Assembly: GCA_052034935.1 (NCBI GenBank)
Contig: JBPOIB010000008.1
Coordinates: 2,511-66,510 of the forward strand
DNA length: 64,000 nucleotides
Source: Candidatus Moraniibacteriota bacterium
Lineage (GTDB): Bacteria; Patescibacteriota; Minisyncoccia; Moranbacterales; UBA1568
Direction: 5' to 3'
In this document: positions 8,755 to 18,092 of the stretch, piece by piece
Numbering within the stretch: the first letter of the stretch is position 1
How the letters are laid out: each line of letters opens with the position of its first letter
Notes under the pieces: generated by a model
The model's database searches: none
What the model was told of the DNA's origin: nothing
Seen by the model: only the letters and a program-made list of their open reading frames with translations
Translations under genes and position numbers: made by a program

Positions 8755-8779
8755 AGAGCCTTGACAGGCTCTTTTTTTA
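8755..8779 (+). terminator. Intrinsic terminator (AGAGCC-TTGACA-GGCTCT + T7)
   Basis: Perfect 6-bp stem followed by seven T. Confidence 0.7.
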
Positions 8780-8911
8780 TGGCCTCTTGCATAAAAAGAG
8801 AGTGGGTGTAGGATGGGGGCGTACATCTGGCGCGATAGCTGGGGTACGGCATACTTGCCACAGCAGATTTCAGTTCCTTTCGCCTTTTTGTCCTTTCAGG
8901 AGAGCCACATC

Positions 8912-9130
8912 ATGAACCAAGAACAATCGAGTCGGGGTATCGATCGCCCCCTTCTCGTTTTGGATAGCACCGACAGAACGATGTCACTGCGTCCGCCTCA
9001 GTCGGCCAACGACGCTGCCACCGTCTCGGGCGATGATCAGGCTGCAGGGTCTCGTCCGAAGATTGGGATCAGCGAGGCCGTCCTTTCGCTCGGCGACAAC
9101 TACTGGGGTCGCCGGCCAGGCCGGTTGTAG
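8912..9130 (+). CDS. Possible small hypothetical protein (72 aa)
   Basis: AGGAGAG RBS 7 nt before ATG 8912. Followed by a perfect terminator at 9156. No homology recognised. Confidence 0.3.
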   Translation: MNQEQSSRGIDRPLLVLDSTDRTMSLRPPQSANDAATVSGDDQAAGSRPKIGISEAVLSLGDNYWGRRPGRL

Positions 9131-9155
9131 CCCAAGCTGCAAGGCAGCGCAAGGG

Positions 9156-9187
9156 GGAGTCCTCAAAAGGGACTCCTTTTCATTTTG
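9156..9187 (+). terminator. Intrinsic terminator (GGAGTCC-tcaaaag-GGACTCC + TTTTCATTTT)
   Basis: Perfect 7-bp stem followed by a T-tract. Confidence 0.65.
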
Positions 9188-9240
9188 TCGCCAGTTTGAT
9201 ATCCTCACTCTGCTTTTAATGGTGAACTAGTGCGGCAATA

Positions 9241-9311
9241 CGGGCTGTAGTATATCGGCAGTACGCGTGCATGGGGTGCACGTAGGCCGGGTTCGATTCC
9301 CGGCAGCCCGA
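9241..9311 (+). tRNA. tRNA-Pro (anticodon GGG)
   Basis: Manual cloverleaf fold. The 7-bp acceptor stem CGGGCUG/CAGCCCG pairs perfectly. Anticodon loop AUGGGGU, T-arm CCGGG-UUCGAUU-CCCGG, 4-nt variable loop. No encoded CCA. Confidence 0.7.
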
Positions 9312-9466
9312 CTGAATAAAGTGGAGGAGTGATAAGAAGGCCAACTGCTTGGCTTTCGTCTGGGATATTGAAGGAGTCCCCGGTAGTCTAACGCTGATTG
9401 AGGAAGGGGATAGAAAACCTCTCTCCCTCTATGCTACAATTCAGGTATAAGATTTGATTGTATTCT

Positions 9467-10228
9467 ATGGAGACCCCGTACCTGTCGGTCTTGATTCCTG
9501 CATATAAAGAAGGTGAACGCATCGGGCATAATCTGCTCGAGATTGACCGGTTCCTGAAAGGAAAATCATTCACTTACGAAATTATTGTTGCTGTCGACGG
9601 TTCGCCAGACAATACGGCTGAGATTTCGCGCAATTACGCGCTCTCCATTCCTCATCTGCGTGTGATTGAAAATAAGGAGAACCGCGGTAAAGGCGCTGTG
9701 GTACGGCAGCTCCTTCTCGAGGGCAAGGGCGAGTACCGTGCCTTCCTCGATGCAGATGGCTCGACGTCCATCACACACCTTGATGCCTGCCTGCCACCGT
9801 TCACTGAAGGCTATGATGTCGTGATTGGTTCGCGCAAGATCGAAGGTGCTTTCGTTCAAGTACACCAGCCACGCCATCGCGAAATCATGGGTGAAGGAGG
9901 GAACTGGCTCATCCGCATTGTTCTCGGTCTTTGGAGCTATCCTGATACTCAGTGCGGTTTCAAGATGCTTTCGGCTAAGGCGGCTGAGGCTATCGCGAGC
10001 CGTATGGTTGTCGATCGCTTCGGCTTCGATTTCGAACTCATCATTCTTGCCGAGAAACTCGGCTTTAAGGTGAAGCAGGTGCCCGTACGCTGGATGAACG
10101 AGGAGGGATCGACGGTAAGTCTGACGGGGCCGAATGGCTTCATTCAGGTGCTCATCGATCTCTTCAAGACAAAGTGGCGGCTCATGACCGGCCAGTACAA
10201 AATCGGTGACTACAAGCGTGGCGCGTAG
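9467..10228 (+). CDS. GT2-family glycosyltransferase (dolichyl/polyprenyl-phosphate sugar synthase-like)
   Basis: LSVLIPAYKEGERI, VDGSPDNT and DADGS motifs. The ORF track starts at an upstream TTG; ATG 9467 is the preferred start. Confidence 0.8.
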   Translation: METPYLSVLIPAYKEGERIGHNLLEIDRFLKGKSFTYEIIVAVDGSPDNTAEISRNYALSIPHLRVIENKENRGKGAVVRQLLLEGKGEYRAFLDADGSTSITHLDACLPPFTEGYDVVIGSRKIEGAFVQVHQPRHREIMGEGGNWLIRIVLGLWSYPDTQCGFKMLSAKAAEAIASRMVVDRFGFDFELIILAEKLGFKVKQVPVRWMNEEGSTVSLTGPNGFIQVLIDLFKTKWRLMTGQYKIGDYKRGA

Positions 10229-10257
10229 GGCAAGGCAAAAAAAGAACACACACAAAC

Positions 10258-11280
10258 ATGTCAGCGAAAGACCATCACAATGAGAAGCCGGCCTCCGAGC
10301 TCAGGCAAGATATCGTGACCGGCGATTGGGTCATCATCGCGACCGCCCGGTCCAGGCGGCCGGATGATTTTGTCGCGCCGCCCCGGGCAGATGCCGAAGA
10401 AGGCGTCGATATCTTCGAAGATCCGAAAGCGAGCGGCCAAGAGGAAGACGTTCTCGTTTATATGCGACCGGACGGTGACTGGAGTCTGCGCGTCTTTCCG
10501 AACAAGTACCCGGCGGTTTCAGGTGGTGGCCGCGGGAAGTCGCTTGCAGAGGGGCCGTATTTCGGCATGTCGGGAGTCGGCTACCATGAGGTGATCGTGA
10601 CGCGCGACAACAAGCGCCATATCGCGCTCATGGAAACCTGGCAGGTAGCAGAGCTTCTCGATGCCTATCAAGACCGGTATGTCGCGCTTATGAACAAAGC
10701 GGGTGTGAATTATATCCAGATTTTTCATAATCATGGGAAAGAGGCCGGTGCCTCGGTCCCTCATCCGCACTCGCAGCTCATGGCGATACCAGTTGTGTCG
10801 CCGTATGTCGAATCGATTCTCGCTGGTGCCGGGCGCTTTCATCGCAGTCATCACCAGCGCGTCTATGGTGTGATGGTGGAGCACGAGCTCGAGAAGAAGA
10901 AGCGGCTCGTCTATGAGAATGATGACTTTGTCGTTTTTGTGCCCTATGCTTCTCGGGTCGCCTTCGAGCTCTGGGTCGTCGGTAAGCGGCCCAACCCGTA
11001 TTTCGAGCGTATCACTGATAAGGAGAAGTATAGCTGTGGTGATGCGCTCCAGAAGGCACTGCAAGCAATTTATAAAGGTCTTGGCGATCCGGCTTATAAT
11101 TTCTACCTCTACACCGCACCCTGCGACGGACGTGACTACCCGTATTTCCAGTGGCATATCGAGATCGCTCCCCACACCTCTACCTGGGCCGGATTCGAAC
11201 TTTCGACCGGTATCGAGATCTCATCGATTGAACCAGAAAAAGCAGCGGTGTTTCTCCGGAAACAGCTCGCGAGCGATTAA
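10258..11280 (+). CDS. galT: Galactose-1-phosphate uridylyltransferase-like (HIT superfamily, GalT)
   Basis: VPHPHSQ active-site motif and GalT-like length. Confidence 0.75.
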   Translation: MSAKDHHNEKPASELRQDIVTGDWVIIATARSRRPDDFVAPPRADAEEGVDIFEDPKASGQEEDVLVYMRPDGDWSLRVFPNKYPAVSGGGRGKSLAEGPYFGMSGVGYHEVIVTRDNKRHIALMETWQVAELLDAYQDRYVALMNKAGVNYIQIFHNHGKEAGASVPHPHSQLMAIPVVSPYVESILAGAGRFHRSHHQRVYGVMVEHELEKKKRLVYENDDFVVFVPYASRVAFELWVVGKRPNPYFERITDKEKYSCGDALQKALQAIYKGLGDPAYNFYLYTAPCDGRDYPYFQWHIEIAPHTSTWAGFELSTGIEISSIEPEKAAVFLRKQLASD

Positions 11281-11283
11281 TCT

Positions 11284-12066
11284 ATGGCTCCTTTCTCCGT
11301 CATTGGTAATCTGAAGATGAATCTGCTGTCGCGCGAGGAATGCGACGAGTACGTGTCGCAGCTCCGCCGCGAATCAGCCGGTAAAACCTTCGCGCATGCA
11401 CGGGGAATCATCGCTCCGCCGGCCATCCATATGAATCGCTTTCAAAATCTCCCACCCGGATTCTCGCTCGCTGCACAGAATATGGGTTGGGAGACGAAGG
11501 GTGCTTTTACCGGCGAGATATCGCCTCTCATGCTCCGCGATGCTGGCGTCACACACGTAATTCTCGGCCACAGCGAGCGGCGTATGTATGCCGGCGAAAC
11601 GGACGAGTTAGTCGCAAAAAAGGCTCGACTCGCCCTGAAGGAGGGAATTACGCCGATTGTCTGCATTGGAGAAACAATGGAGGAGCGCGAGCGCGAAGAG
11701 ACAACCGGAGTTATTGAACAGTCGGTCCGGACGATTTACACGGGACTTTCCTCGCTTTTCGCCGAACGCGTTATCCTTGCCTATGAGCCCCGTTGGGCAA
11801 TCGGAACGGGTATGACACCGGCCACAGCTGATATCCTTCAGGTGAAGGTCTATCTCCGCAAGCTCTTTTCCGAGTTGTACGATCCGGCATTCGCTGAGCG
11901 AGTTTCTGTTATCTATGGTGGATCGGTCAAGGCGGCGACGCTTGCGGCGGTCTCCTGGGAAGCGGAGATGTCGGGGGTGCTCGTTGGAGGGGAGAGTCTC
12001 TATCCGCGCGAGCTCGTGAAGATGCTTTCTGAGGCAGATGCTTATTTCACGAATCTCCAATCATAA
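11284..12066 (+). CDS. tpiA: Triosephosphate isomerase
   Basis: GNLKMN, GHSERR, CIGE, AYEPRWAIGTG and YGGSV motifs. Confidence 0.9.
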   Translation: MAPFSVIGNLKMNLLSREECDEYVSQLRRESAGKTFAHARGIIAPPAIHMNRFQNLPPGFSLAAQNMGWETKGAFTGEISPLMLRDAGVTHVILGHSERRMYAGETDELVAKKARLALKEGITPIVCIGETMEEREREETTGVIEQSVRTIYTGLSSLFAERVILAYEPRWAIGTGMTPATADILQVKVYLRKLFSELYDPAFAERVSVIYGGSVKAATLAAVSWEAEMSGVLVGGESLYPRELVKMLSEADAYFTNLQS

Positions 12067-12071
12067 TCACT

Positions 12072-12932
12072 ATGCTCATTTCAGCCAAGAAAATCCTGAC
12101 CGAAGCACAAGAGAACGGCTATGCGGTCGGTGCGTTCAATACCGTCAATCTTGAGACAACGTGGGCTATCCTCGAAGCAGCTGCCGATCGCCGATCGCCA
12201 GTCATCGTACAGATGACAGAAAAGACATTCCAGTACGGTGGTGGTCATGCGATGTATCACCTCGTGAAGAACATCGCCGATTTTTACTTTCCCGATATCC
12301 CACTGGCGATTCATCTGGATCATGGCCGGAATCTGGCTGTTGTTCGTGAAGCGCTTGCGATTGGCTTCAAATCAGTGATGATGGATGCTTCCACTTTACC
12401 CTACGAGGAAAACAAGGCAGCGACGGCGATGATCGTCGAGGAAGCCCGATCGAAAGGTGCAACCGTGCAAGGGGAACTCGGCAATGTCCCTTACAAGGGC
12501 GAAGTATCCGATATCGAACATATGGACTGGGACAAGTACATGACGAATCCGGCGCAGGCAGATGCCTATGTTAGGGACACAGGTGTGGACACACTCGCGG
12601 TTGGTATCGGCAACGCTCATGGTTCGTTCCCGGAGCGACTGGAACCTGATTTCGATCGGCTGAAGGCGATCCACGAGCGGATCAAAATTCCCCTCGTGCT
12701 GCATGGAGCTTCTGACTGGGAGGGGGAGAAAGTTGCGAAGGTCATCGGTCTCGGAGTTGCCTGCTTTAATGTTGAGACCGCTACTAAAACCGCCTTCATC
12801 AATACGTTGCGTGAAACCTTGCCAACGAATGAGGCTGTCGATATCCGGAAAATCCTCATGCCGGCGCGAGAAGCTTTTCGCGAGGCAGTGAAGGCGAAAA
12901 TGGATCTTTTTGGTTCGACTGGGAAAGCATAA
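12072..12932 (+). CDS. fba: Class II fructose-bisphosphate aldolase
   Basis: HLDHG, metal-binding LHGAS and GNAHG motifs. Confidence 0.9.
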   Translation: MLISAKKILTEAQENGYAVGAFNTVNLETTWAILEAAADRRSPVIVQMTEKTFQYGGGHAMYHLVKNIADFYFPDIPLAIHLDHGRNLAVVREALAIGFKSVMMDASTLPYEENKAATAMIVEEARSKGATVQGELGNVPYKGEVSDIEHMDWDKYMTNPAQADAYVRDTGVDTLAVGIGNAHGSFPERLEPDFDRLKAIHERIKIPLVLHGASDWEGEKVAKVIGLGVACFNVETATKTAFINTLRETLPTNEAVDIRKILMPAREAFREAVKAKMDLFGSTGKA

Positions 12933-12944
12933 ATAAAAAAAGTC

Positions 12945-13961
12945 ATGCCTATGGAAAAAGAAATGAAGCGGATTGCGATCAATGGTTTCGGACGGATCGG
13001 CCGTGCCGCTTTCAAAATTGCGCTTGAAAAGCAAGATCTTGAGGTAGTCGCTATCAATGATCTGACAGAAGCGGGCGTACTCGCTCACCTTCTGTCGCAT
13101 GATACGGCCTATGGAGCCTATGCCAGGACGGTCGTAGCAGGAGAGAAGAAACTGATTGTTGACGGCAAAGAATACCCGGTTTTTGCCGAACCGGATCCGC
13201 TCAAACTTCCCTGGAAAGAATACGATGTCGATGTCGTGCTCGAGTGCACTGGCCGTTTTACTGACAAGGACTCCTCAGCTCAGCATCTGACTGCCGGTGC
13301 GAAGCGCGTCGTCCTCTCGGCTCCGTCGAAGGGGGATGACGGCTCGGTGCCGACTTTTCTTATCGGCGTGAATGCCGATGGCTATGCGGCCGAGACTGTC
13401 ATCTCGAACGCATCCTGCACAACAAACTCGCTCGCGCCGGTCGCGAAGGTCCTTCATGACCGCTTTGGCATCGATAAGGCACTGATGAGCACGATTCATT
13501 CATATACTGCTGACCAGAGCATCCAGGATGGCCCCCACAAGGACTTGCGCCGAGCTCGTGCCGCTGCCCAGAATATCGTGCCGACGACGACGGGCGCAGC
13601 GATCGCAGTGACGCAGGTCATGCCCGAACTCGCTGGACGATTCGATGGTCTTTCGTTCCGGGTCCCGACCATTGTCGTATCGCTTACTGATTTCACCTTC
13701 GTTCTGAAGAAGAAAACAACAGTTGAAGAGATCAATGAGGCACTCACTGAAGCGAGTCGTAATCCGCGTTACGCCCATGTGCTTGCTGTCACCGACGAAC
13801 CGCTGGTCTCATCGGACTTCATCGGCAACCCGCACTCATCAATCGTCGATTTATCACTGACGAAGGTAATTGATGGTGATCTCGTGAAAGTGGTCGCGTG
13901 GTATGATAACGAATGGGGCTACTCGAACCGCCTTGTTGAAATGGCGGCTTTGATTGGATAA
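12945..13961 (+). CDS. gap: Glyceraldehyde-3-phosphate dehydrogenase
   Basis: INGFGRIGR and SNASCTTNSLAP motifs. The true start may be the in-frame ATG at 12963 (MKRIAING). Confidence 0.9.
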   Translation: MPMEKEMKRIAINGFGRIGRAAFKIALEKQDLEVVAINDLTEAGVLAHLLSHDTAYGAYARTVVAGEKKLIVDGKEYPVFAEPDPLKLPWKEYDVDVVLECTGRFTDKDSSAQHLTAGAKRVVLSAPSKGDDGSVPTFLIGVNADGYAAETVISNASCTTNSLAPVAKVLHDRFGIDKALMSTIHSYTADQSIQDGPHKDLRRARAAAQNIVPTTTGAAIAVTQVMPELAGRFDGLSFRVPTIVVSLTDFTFVLKKKTTVEEINEALTEASRNPRYAHVLAVTDEPLVSSDFIGNPHSSIVDLSLTKVIDGDLVKVVAWYDNEWGYSNRLVEMAALIG

Positions 13962-13984
13962 AACAAAAAAATGCTCGGGCGGTT

Positions 13985-15574
13985 ATGTATGACGTCCTTA
14001 TCAAGCATGGCACGCTGATCGACGGCTCCGGCGAGCCGATGTTTCAGGGTGATCTTGCAATTCAAGAAGACACGATTGTCGCGCTCGGGAATGTTGACGG
14101 AGCAGCAGAACAGGTGATTGATGCGACGGGGAAATATATCGCACCAGGATTTATCGACGTCAATAACCATGCGGACACGTACTGGGAACTCTTCGGCCAT
14201 CCGTCACTCGAGAGCTTACTCTACCAGGGAGTGACGACTATCGTCGGTGGAAATTCTGGCTCTTCGCTCGCTCCGCTGACGCGTCCCGATATCATCCGTT
14301 CGATCCAGAAATGGACTGATGTCAGTCGGATCAATTTCAACTGGTTGACGATGAAGGAGTTTTTTTCTGCTGTCGACAAACGTCGGACATCGGTCAACTT
14401 CGCAACACTTGTCGGTCATGGGACACTCCGTCGCGGAGCGATGAAAGATGAGACACGCCCCATTCATGATGCGGAAGTCGAGGTAATGGAGAAGCTTTTG
14501 AAGCAAGCGCTCCGCGAAGGCGCGATCGGATTTTCGACTGGACTCTTGTATACGCATGCCCGCGGAGCGCACATCAATGAAATTCTTCGACTTGTGGAGC
14601 TGGTTCACGATCAGAAAGGGGTCTACGCGACGTATGTCCGTGACGAAGGCGAGGGCCTGGTGAGGGCGGTGGAGGAGGCGGTGACGGTGGCGCGGAAATC
14701 CGAGGTACCACTTCATATCTCTCACCTGAAAGCGGTTGGCAAGAAAAATTGGCATCTCATGGATGAGGCTTTCAATCTTATCGAAACGGCCGCTTTGAAT
14801 CAGCTCGATATCAGTTTCGACGTCTATCCGTATACGAGTACTGGATCAGTGCTCTACACTTTTCTTCCGACCTGGATCACTGAAAATGGTGCCAAGCTTA
14901 TGTTGGCGCGGCTCCGGGATGCGAAAGTGCGCGAGGCGGTCGTTGCCGAAATGAGGAAAGGCGGAATCGACTACTCATCGATGGTGCTCGCGGTGACGAA
15001 CTTGAACAAAATGCTTTCGCGGCGGAAGATTTCCGAAATCGCGATCCTCCACGGTAAGCCACCGGAAGAGGTGGTGATCGATGTCCTTCTGGCAAGTGAG
15101 GGTCGGGCCATCGTCTCAATCGAGACACTCTCTGAGAAGAACGTGAAAAAAGCCATCCAGCATCCATTCTCTATCATCAGTACGAATGGTTCAGGTTATC
15201 ATATCGATCATGGGAATACGGGTGACCATGTTCATCCGCGGAACTTTGGGACCTTCCCCAGGGTTTTTTCTGAATACGTCCGACAGGCACACGCGTTATC
15301 ATGGGAGGAAGCCGTGCATAAGATGACCGGCAAGCCGGCGAAAAAATTCAAACTCGAGGGGAGGGGGGTTCTGAAAGTGGGGAATATTGCTGATATCGTC
15401 ATCTTTGATCCGGCACATATCAGCGATACCGCTACGCTCGAAAATCCCTACCAGTACGCAAAGGGAGTAGACTATCTGATCGTCAATGGGATTTTGACGA
15501 TTGAACAAGGGGTGTATAATGGCAGTCGGTCCGGAAAAGTTTATCGTAAGCCACATTCCTGGCTCCCTTGGTAA
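13985..15574 (+). CDS. N-acyl-D-amino-acid deacylase-family amidohydrolase
   Basis: N-terminal YDVLIKHGTLIDGSG...FIDVNNHAD metal-dependent amidohydrolase motifs. Confidence 0.7.
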   Translation: MYDVLIKHGTLIDGSGEPMFQGDLAIQEDTIVALGNVDGAAEQVIDATGKYIAPGFIDVNNHADTYWELFGHPSLESLLYQGVTTIVGGNSGSSLAPLTRPDIIRSIQKWTDVSRINFNWLTMKEFFSAVDKRRTSVNFATLVGHGTLRRGAMKDETRPIHDAEVEVMEKLLKQALREGAIGFSTGLLYTHARGAHINEILRLVELVHDQKGVYATYVRDEGEGLVRAVEEAVTVARKSEVPLHISHLKAVGKKNWHLMDEAFNLIETAALNQLDISFDVYPYTSTGSVLYTFLPTWITENGAKLMLARLRDAKVREAVVAEMRKGGIDYSSMVLAVTNLNKMLSRRKISEIAILHGKPPEEVVIDVLLASEGRAIVSIETLSEKNVKKAIQHPFSIISTNGSGYHIDHGNTGDHVHPRNFGTFPRVFSEYVRQAHALSWEEAVHKMTGKPAKKFKLEGRGVLKVGNIADIVIFDPAHISDTATLENPYQYAKGVDYLIVNGILTIEQGVYNGSRSGKVYRKPHSWLPW

Positions 15575-15577
15575 GAG

Positions 15578-16195
15578 ATGTATATGCAATTATCGACTGG
15601 TTTTTTCCCGAAGCTTCTTCTTGGAGCATACACGGGACTCTTTGCCGCCCTCGCCTTTGATCCATACGACCGAACGGTATGGGTTGCTGAAAATCTTCCG
15701 ATTGTTGGTATTGTTCTCATCCTCGGAATCCTTTACTGGAAGGGTATCCGTTTTTCACCGCTCGCGTACGGGCTCATGAGTATTCTCGTCTTCTTACATA
15801 CGATTGGTGGCCACTTTACCTTCGAGCGCGTCCCATTTGGCTGGTTCAATGACCTCTTCGGTTTCGAACGGAATATGTACGACCGGGTCGCACACTTCAG
15901 TGTCGGATTCTATGCGTATGCTTTCGCGGAATGGCTCGACCGCTCAGCGGTCTCGGCACAGCGTTTCGTTATCTACTTGTTTCCGCTCTTCACAATTGCT
16001 TTTGTTGCGATGAGCTATGAAATCATCGAATGGTGGTTTGCGGTCTCGAGCGACCCGAATGCCGGTGGCGCCTTTCTCGGAAGCCAGGGCGATATCTGGG
16101 ATGCTCAGAAAGATATGCTCGCGGATACGCTGGGAGCACTTGCTGCGCTGGTTTTTTATGCGATAGCGAGATTACGCCGTCCGGTCATCCAGTAG
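15578..16195 (+). CDS. DUF2238 (YjdF-like) inner-membrane protein
   Basis: Several TM helices. Pattern resembles the YjdF family. Confidence 0.55.
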   Translation: MYMQLSTGFFPKLLLGAYTGLFAALAFDPYDRTVWVAENLPIVGIVLILGILYWKGIRFSPLAYGLMSILVFLHTIGGHFTFERVPFGWFNDLFGFERNMYDRVAHFSVGFYAYAFAEWLDRSAVSAQRFVIYLFPLFTIAFVAMSYEIIEWWFAVSSDPNAGGAFLGSQGDIWDAQKDMLADTLGALAALVFYAIARLRRPVIQ

Positions 16196-16205
16196 CAGAA
16201 ATCGT

Positions 16206-17627
16206 ATGGATATGCTGAAACAAGAGTGGTTCAAAGGAAAACGAGTGACCGTGTTCGGAATCGGTCTCAATCGTGGCGCCCTAGCGACAATCCGTTTCCT
16301 GGCCGAGTCGGGCGTGAAGGAGGTGATTGCGACCGACATCAAGACCGCAGAAGACCTTGCGCCTACCCTCAAGGACCTCACGGCATATAAGAACATCACG
16401 TATGTCCTCGGCCAACACCGGAGCGAAGACTTCACGCATGTCGATATGGTCGTGAAGAATCCGATCATTTCTTGGACCAACGACTATATCAAGCTTGCAC
16501 TCGAACATAAGATACCGGTTGAGATGGATGCGAGCCTGTTCGTTCGGCTCTGTCGGCAGCCGATGATTGGCATTACCGGAACGAAGGGGAAAACGACAAC
16601 CTCTTCTCTCATCGCTCATATTCTGGAACGATCGCGACAGTCAATTGTTCGGGCGGGTATCAGTCAGGTAGGCTTTCTGGACGTGCTCAAAAAAGTTGCG
16701 TCGGATACGACGGTCGTTGCTGAACTCTCGAGCTGGCGTCTCTCATCGTTCGTACCCCATTCGTATTCTCCGCACATCGCTGTCGTTACGAATATCTATC
16801 CCGATCACCTTAACTATTATAAGAAGATGAGCGCGTATGTCGCGGACAAAGCGGCAATCTTCCGTTTCCAGAAGAAGGATGGTATTCTCGTCCTCAATCA
16901 TGATAATGACGGAGCCCGCGAATTTGCCTCCCAAGCGAGAGGGAGACTGGTCTGGTTTTCCGAACATGATCTCTCGGATGGGCAAGGGGTGTTCGTTCGC
17001 TCGGGATCGGTATATGAGCGAACGGCCGAGGGAGAGAAAGAACTTTTTCTGTGGCCGAAGACATACCTTCTCGGAGATCATAATCGGAGCAATGTTCTCG
17101 CTGCAATCGCTGTCGCACGTCTGAAAGGGATAAACGAAGCCAATATCCTCGATGCTCTCGAGAGTTTTTCCGGCGTGCCACACCGTCTTGAATTCGTGGG
17201 AGAGAAGGAGGGGGTTCAATTCTATAATGATACTGCCGCCACGATGCCGGAAGCGGCTATCGCCGGTATCCGTTCGTTCGTTCGACCGGTGGTACTCATC
17301 GCTGGTGGCGCCGACAAGGCTTTTGAATATGATGAATTGGCCAGAGTTTTTGCAACTGAACCGAAATCAGTCATTCTCCTTAAGGGGACAGCAACCGAAA
17401 AGCTCCGGCCGCTTATGGAAAGGGTAGCCCTTGCTTCGGGCAAAACAGAAGCTCTTTTTCCTGTTGTAGCGAGCATGGACGATGCGCTCCGTCTCGCGAG
17501 AGATGAAGCATCCGAAGGCGATGTCATTCTCTTGTCTCCGGGAGTCGCCAGCTTCGGCCTCTTCCAGAATGAATTCGATCGTGGTGACCAGTTTCGGGCA
17601 GGGGTGAAACGACTCCTCTCTTCTTAG
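16206..17627 (+). CDS. murD: UDP-N-acetylmuramoylalanine--D-glutamate ligase
   Basis: Mur-ligase P-loop GITGTKGKTTT and a MurD-like N-terminal Rossmann fold. Confidence 0.85.
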   Translation: MDMLKQEWFKGKRVTVFGIGLNRGALATIRFLAESGVKEVIATDIKTAEDLAPTLKDLTAYKNITYVLGQHRSEDFTHVDMVVKNPIISWTNDYIKLALEHKIPVEMDASLFVRLCRQPMIGITGTKGKTTTSSLIAHILERSRQSIVRAGISQVGFLDVLKKVASDTTVVAELSSWRLSSFVPHSYSPHIAVVTNIYPDHLNYYKKMSAYVADKAAIFRFQKKDGILVLNHDNDGAREFASQARGRLVWFSEHDLSDGQGVFVRSGSVYERTAEGEKELFLWPKTYLLGDHNRSNVLAAIAVARLKGINEANILDALESFSGVPHRLEFVGEKEGVQFYNDTAATMPEAAIAGIRSFVRPVVLIAGGADKAFEYDELARVFATEPKSVILLKGTATEKLRPLMERVALASGKTEALFPVVASMDDALRLARDEASEGDVILLSPGVASFGLFQNEFDRGDQFRAGVKRLLSS

Positions 17628-17763
17628 GCTGCGTTGATCCCGCTAGAAAGACGAGCCTACCGAATATAACTAAAATAGTCGGAAGAGGTGAACCGTAGTG
17701 AAGGAGGGTGATCGGCGAGAGAGATCTTTCTCACCAGATTGACAGTTTTTCACAGAATGCGCT

Positions 17764-17786
17764 AATATACCCCCAGAGGGTATATT
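17764..17786 (+). promoter_or_regulatory. Putative CsoR-family operator: perfect 9-bp inverted repeat AATATACCC-ccaga-GGGTATATT
   Basis: Lies 12 nt upstream of the csoR ATG. It has the C-rich/G-rich inverted-repeat form typical of CsoR/RcnR operators. Confidence 0.6.
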
Positions 17787-17797
17787 TATTTTCTCTT

Positions 17798-18082
17798 ATG
17801 CCACGCACACTAGCCGGAAAGAAAGTGCTAACGAAGAAGTCGAGCGAAGGGCATGATGCTGTCTTGGCTCGCATCTCACGCATCGAGGGTCAGCTCCGAG
17901 GTATCCGCCGGATGGTCGAGGAAAATACGGAGTGTCTTGATATCATTGCACAGATTTCGGCGATTCGCGAAGCTGTTGCGATGCTTGGCGTTGAGCTCCT
18001 CAAGGATGACTTTGTCTGCAAGTGGGAGGGAAAGAAAAAGATCGATGAGGCGTATCTCAAGAGCCTTTTTAAAATGCAATAA
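17798..18082 (+). CDS. csoR: CsoR/RcnR/CstR-family metal- or persulfide-sensing repressor (DUF156)
   Basis: RISRIEGQLRGIRRMVEENTECLDIIAQISAIREAV ... DDFVCKW. Two conserved Cys and no obvious His ligand. Confidence 0.8.
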   Translation: MPRTLAGKKVLTKKSSEGHDAVLARISRIEGQLRGIRRMVEENTECLDIIAQISAIREAVAMLGVELLKDDFVCKWEGKKKIDEAYLKSLFKMQ

Positions 18083-18092
18083 TTATAAAAAT

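Noticed and set aside
8813-9130. 105-aa ORF as given in the ORF track.
   Set aside because: The start lies inside the ndk terminator hairpin region. Only the shorter 8912 start with an SD was retained, and that with low confidence.
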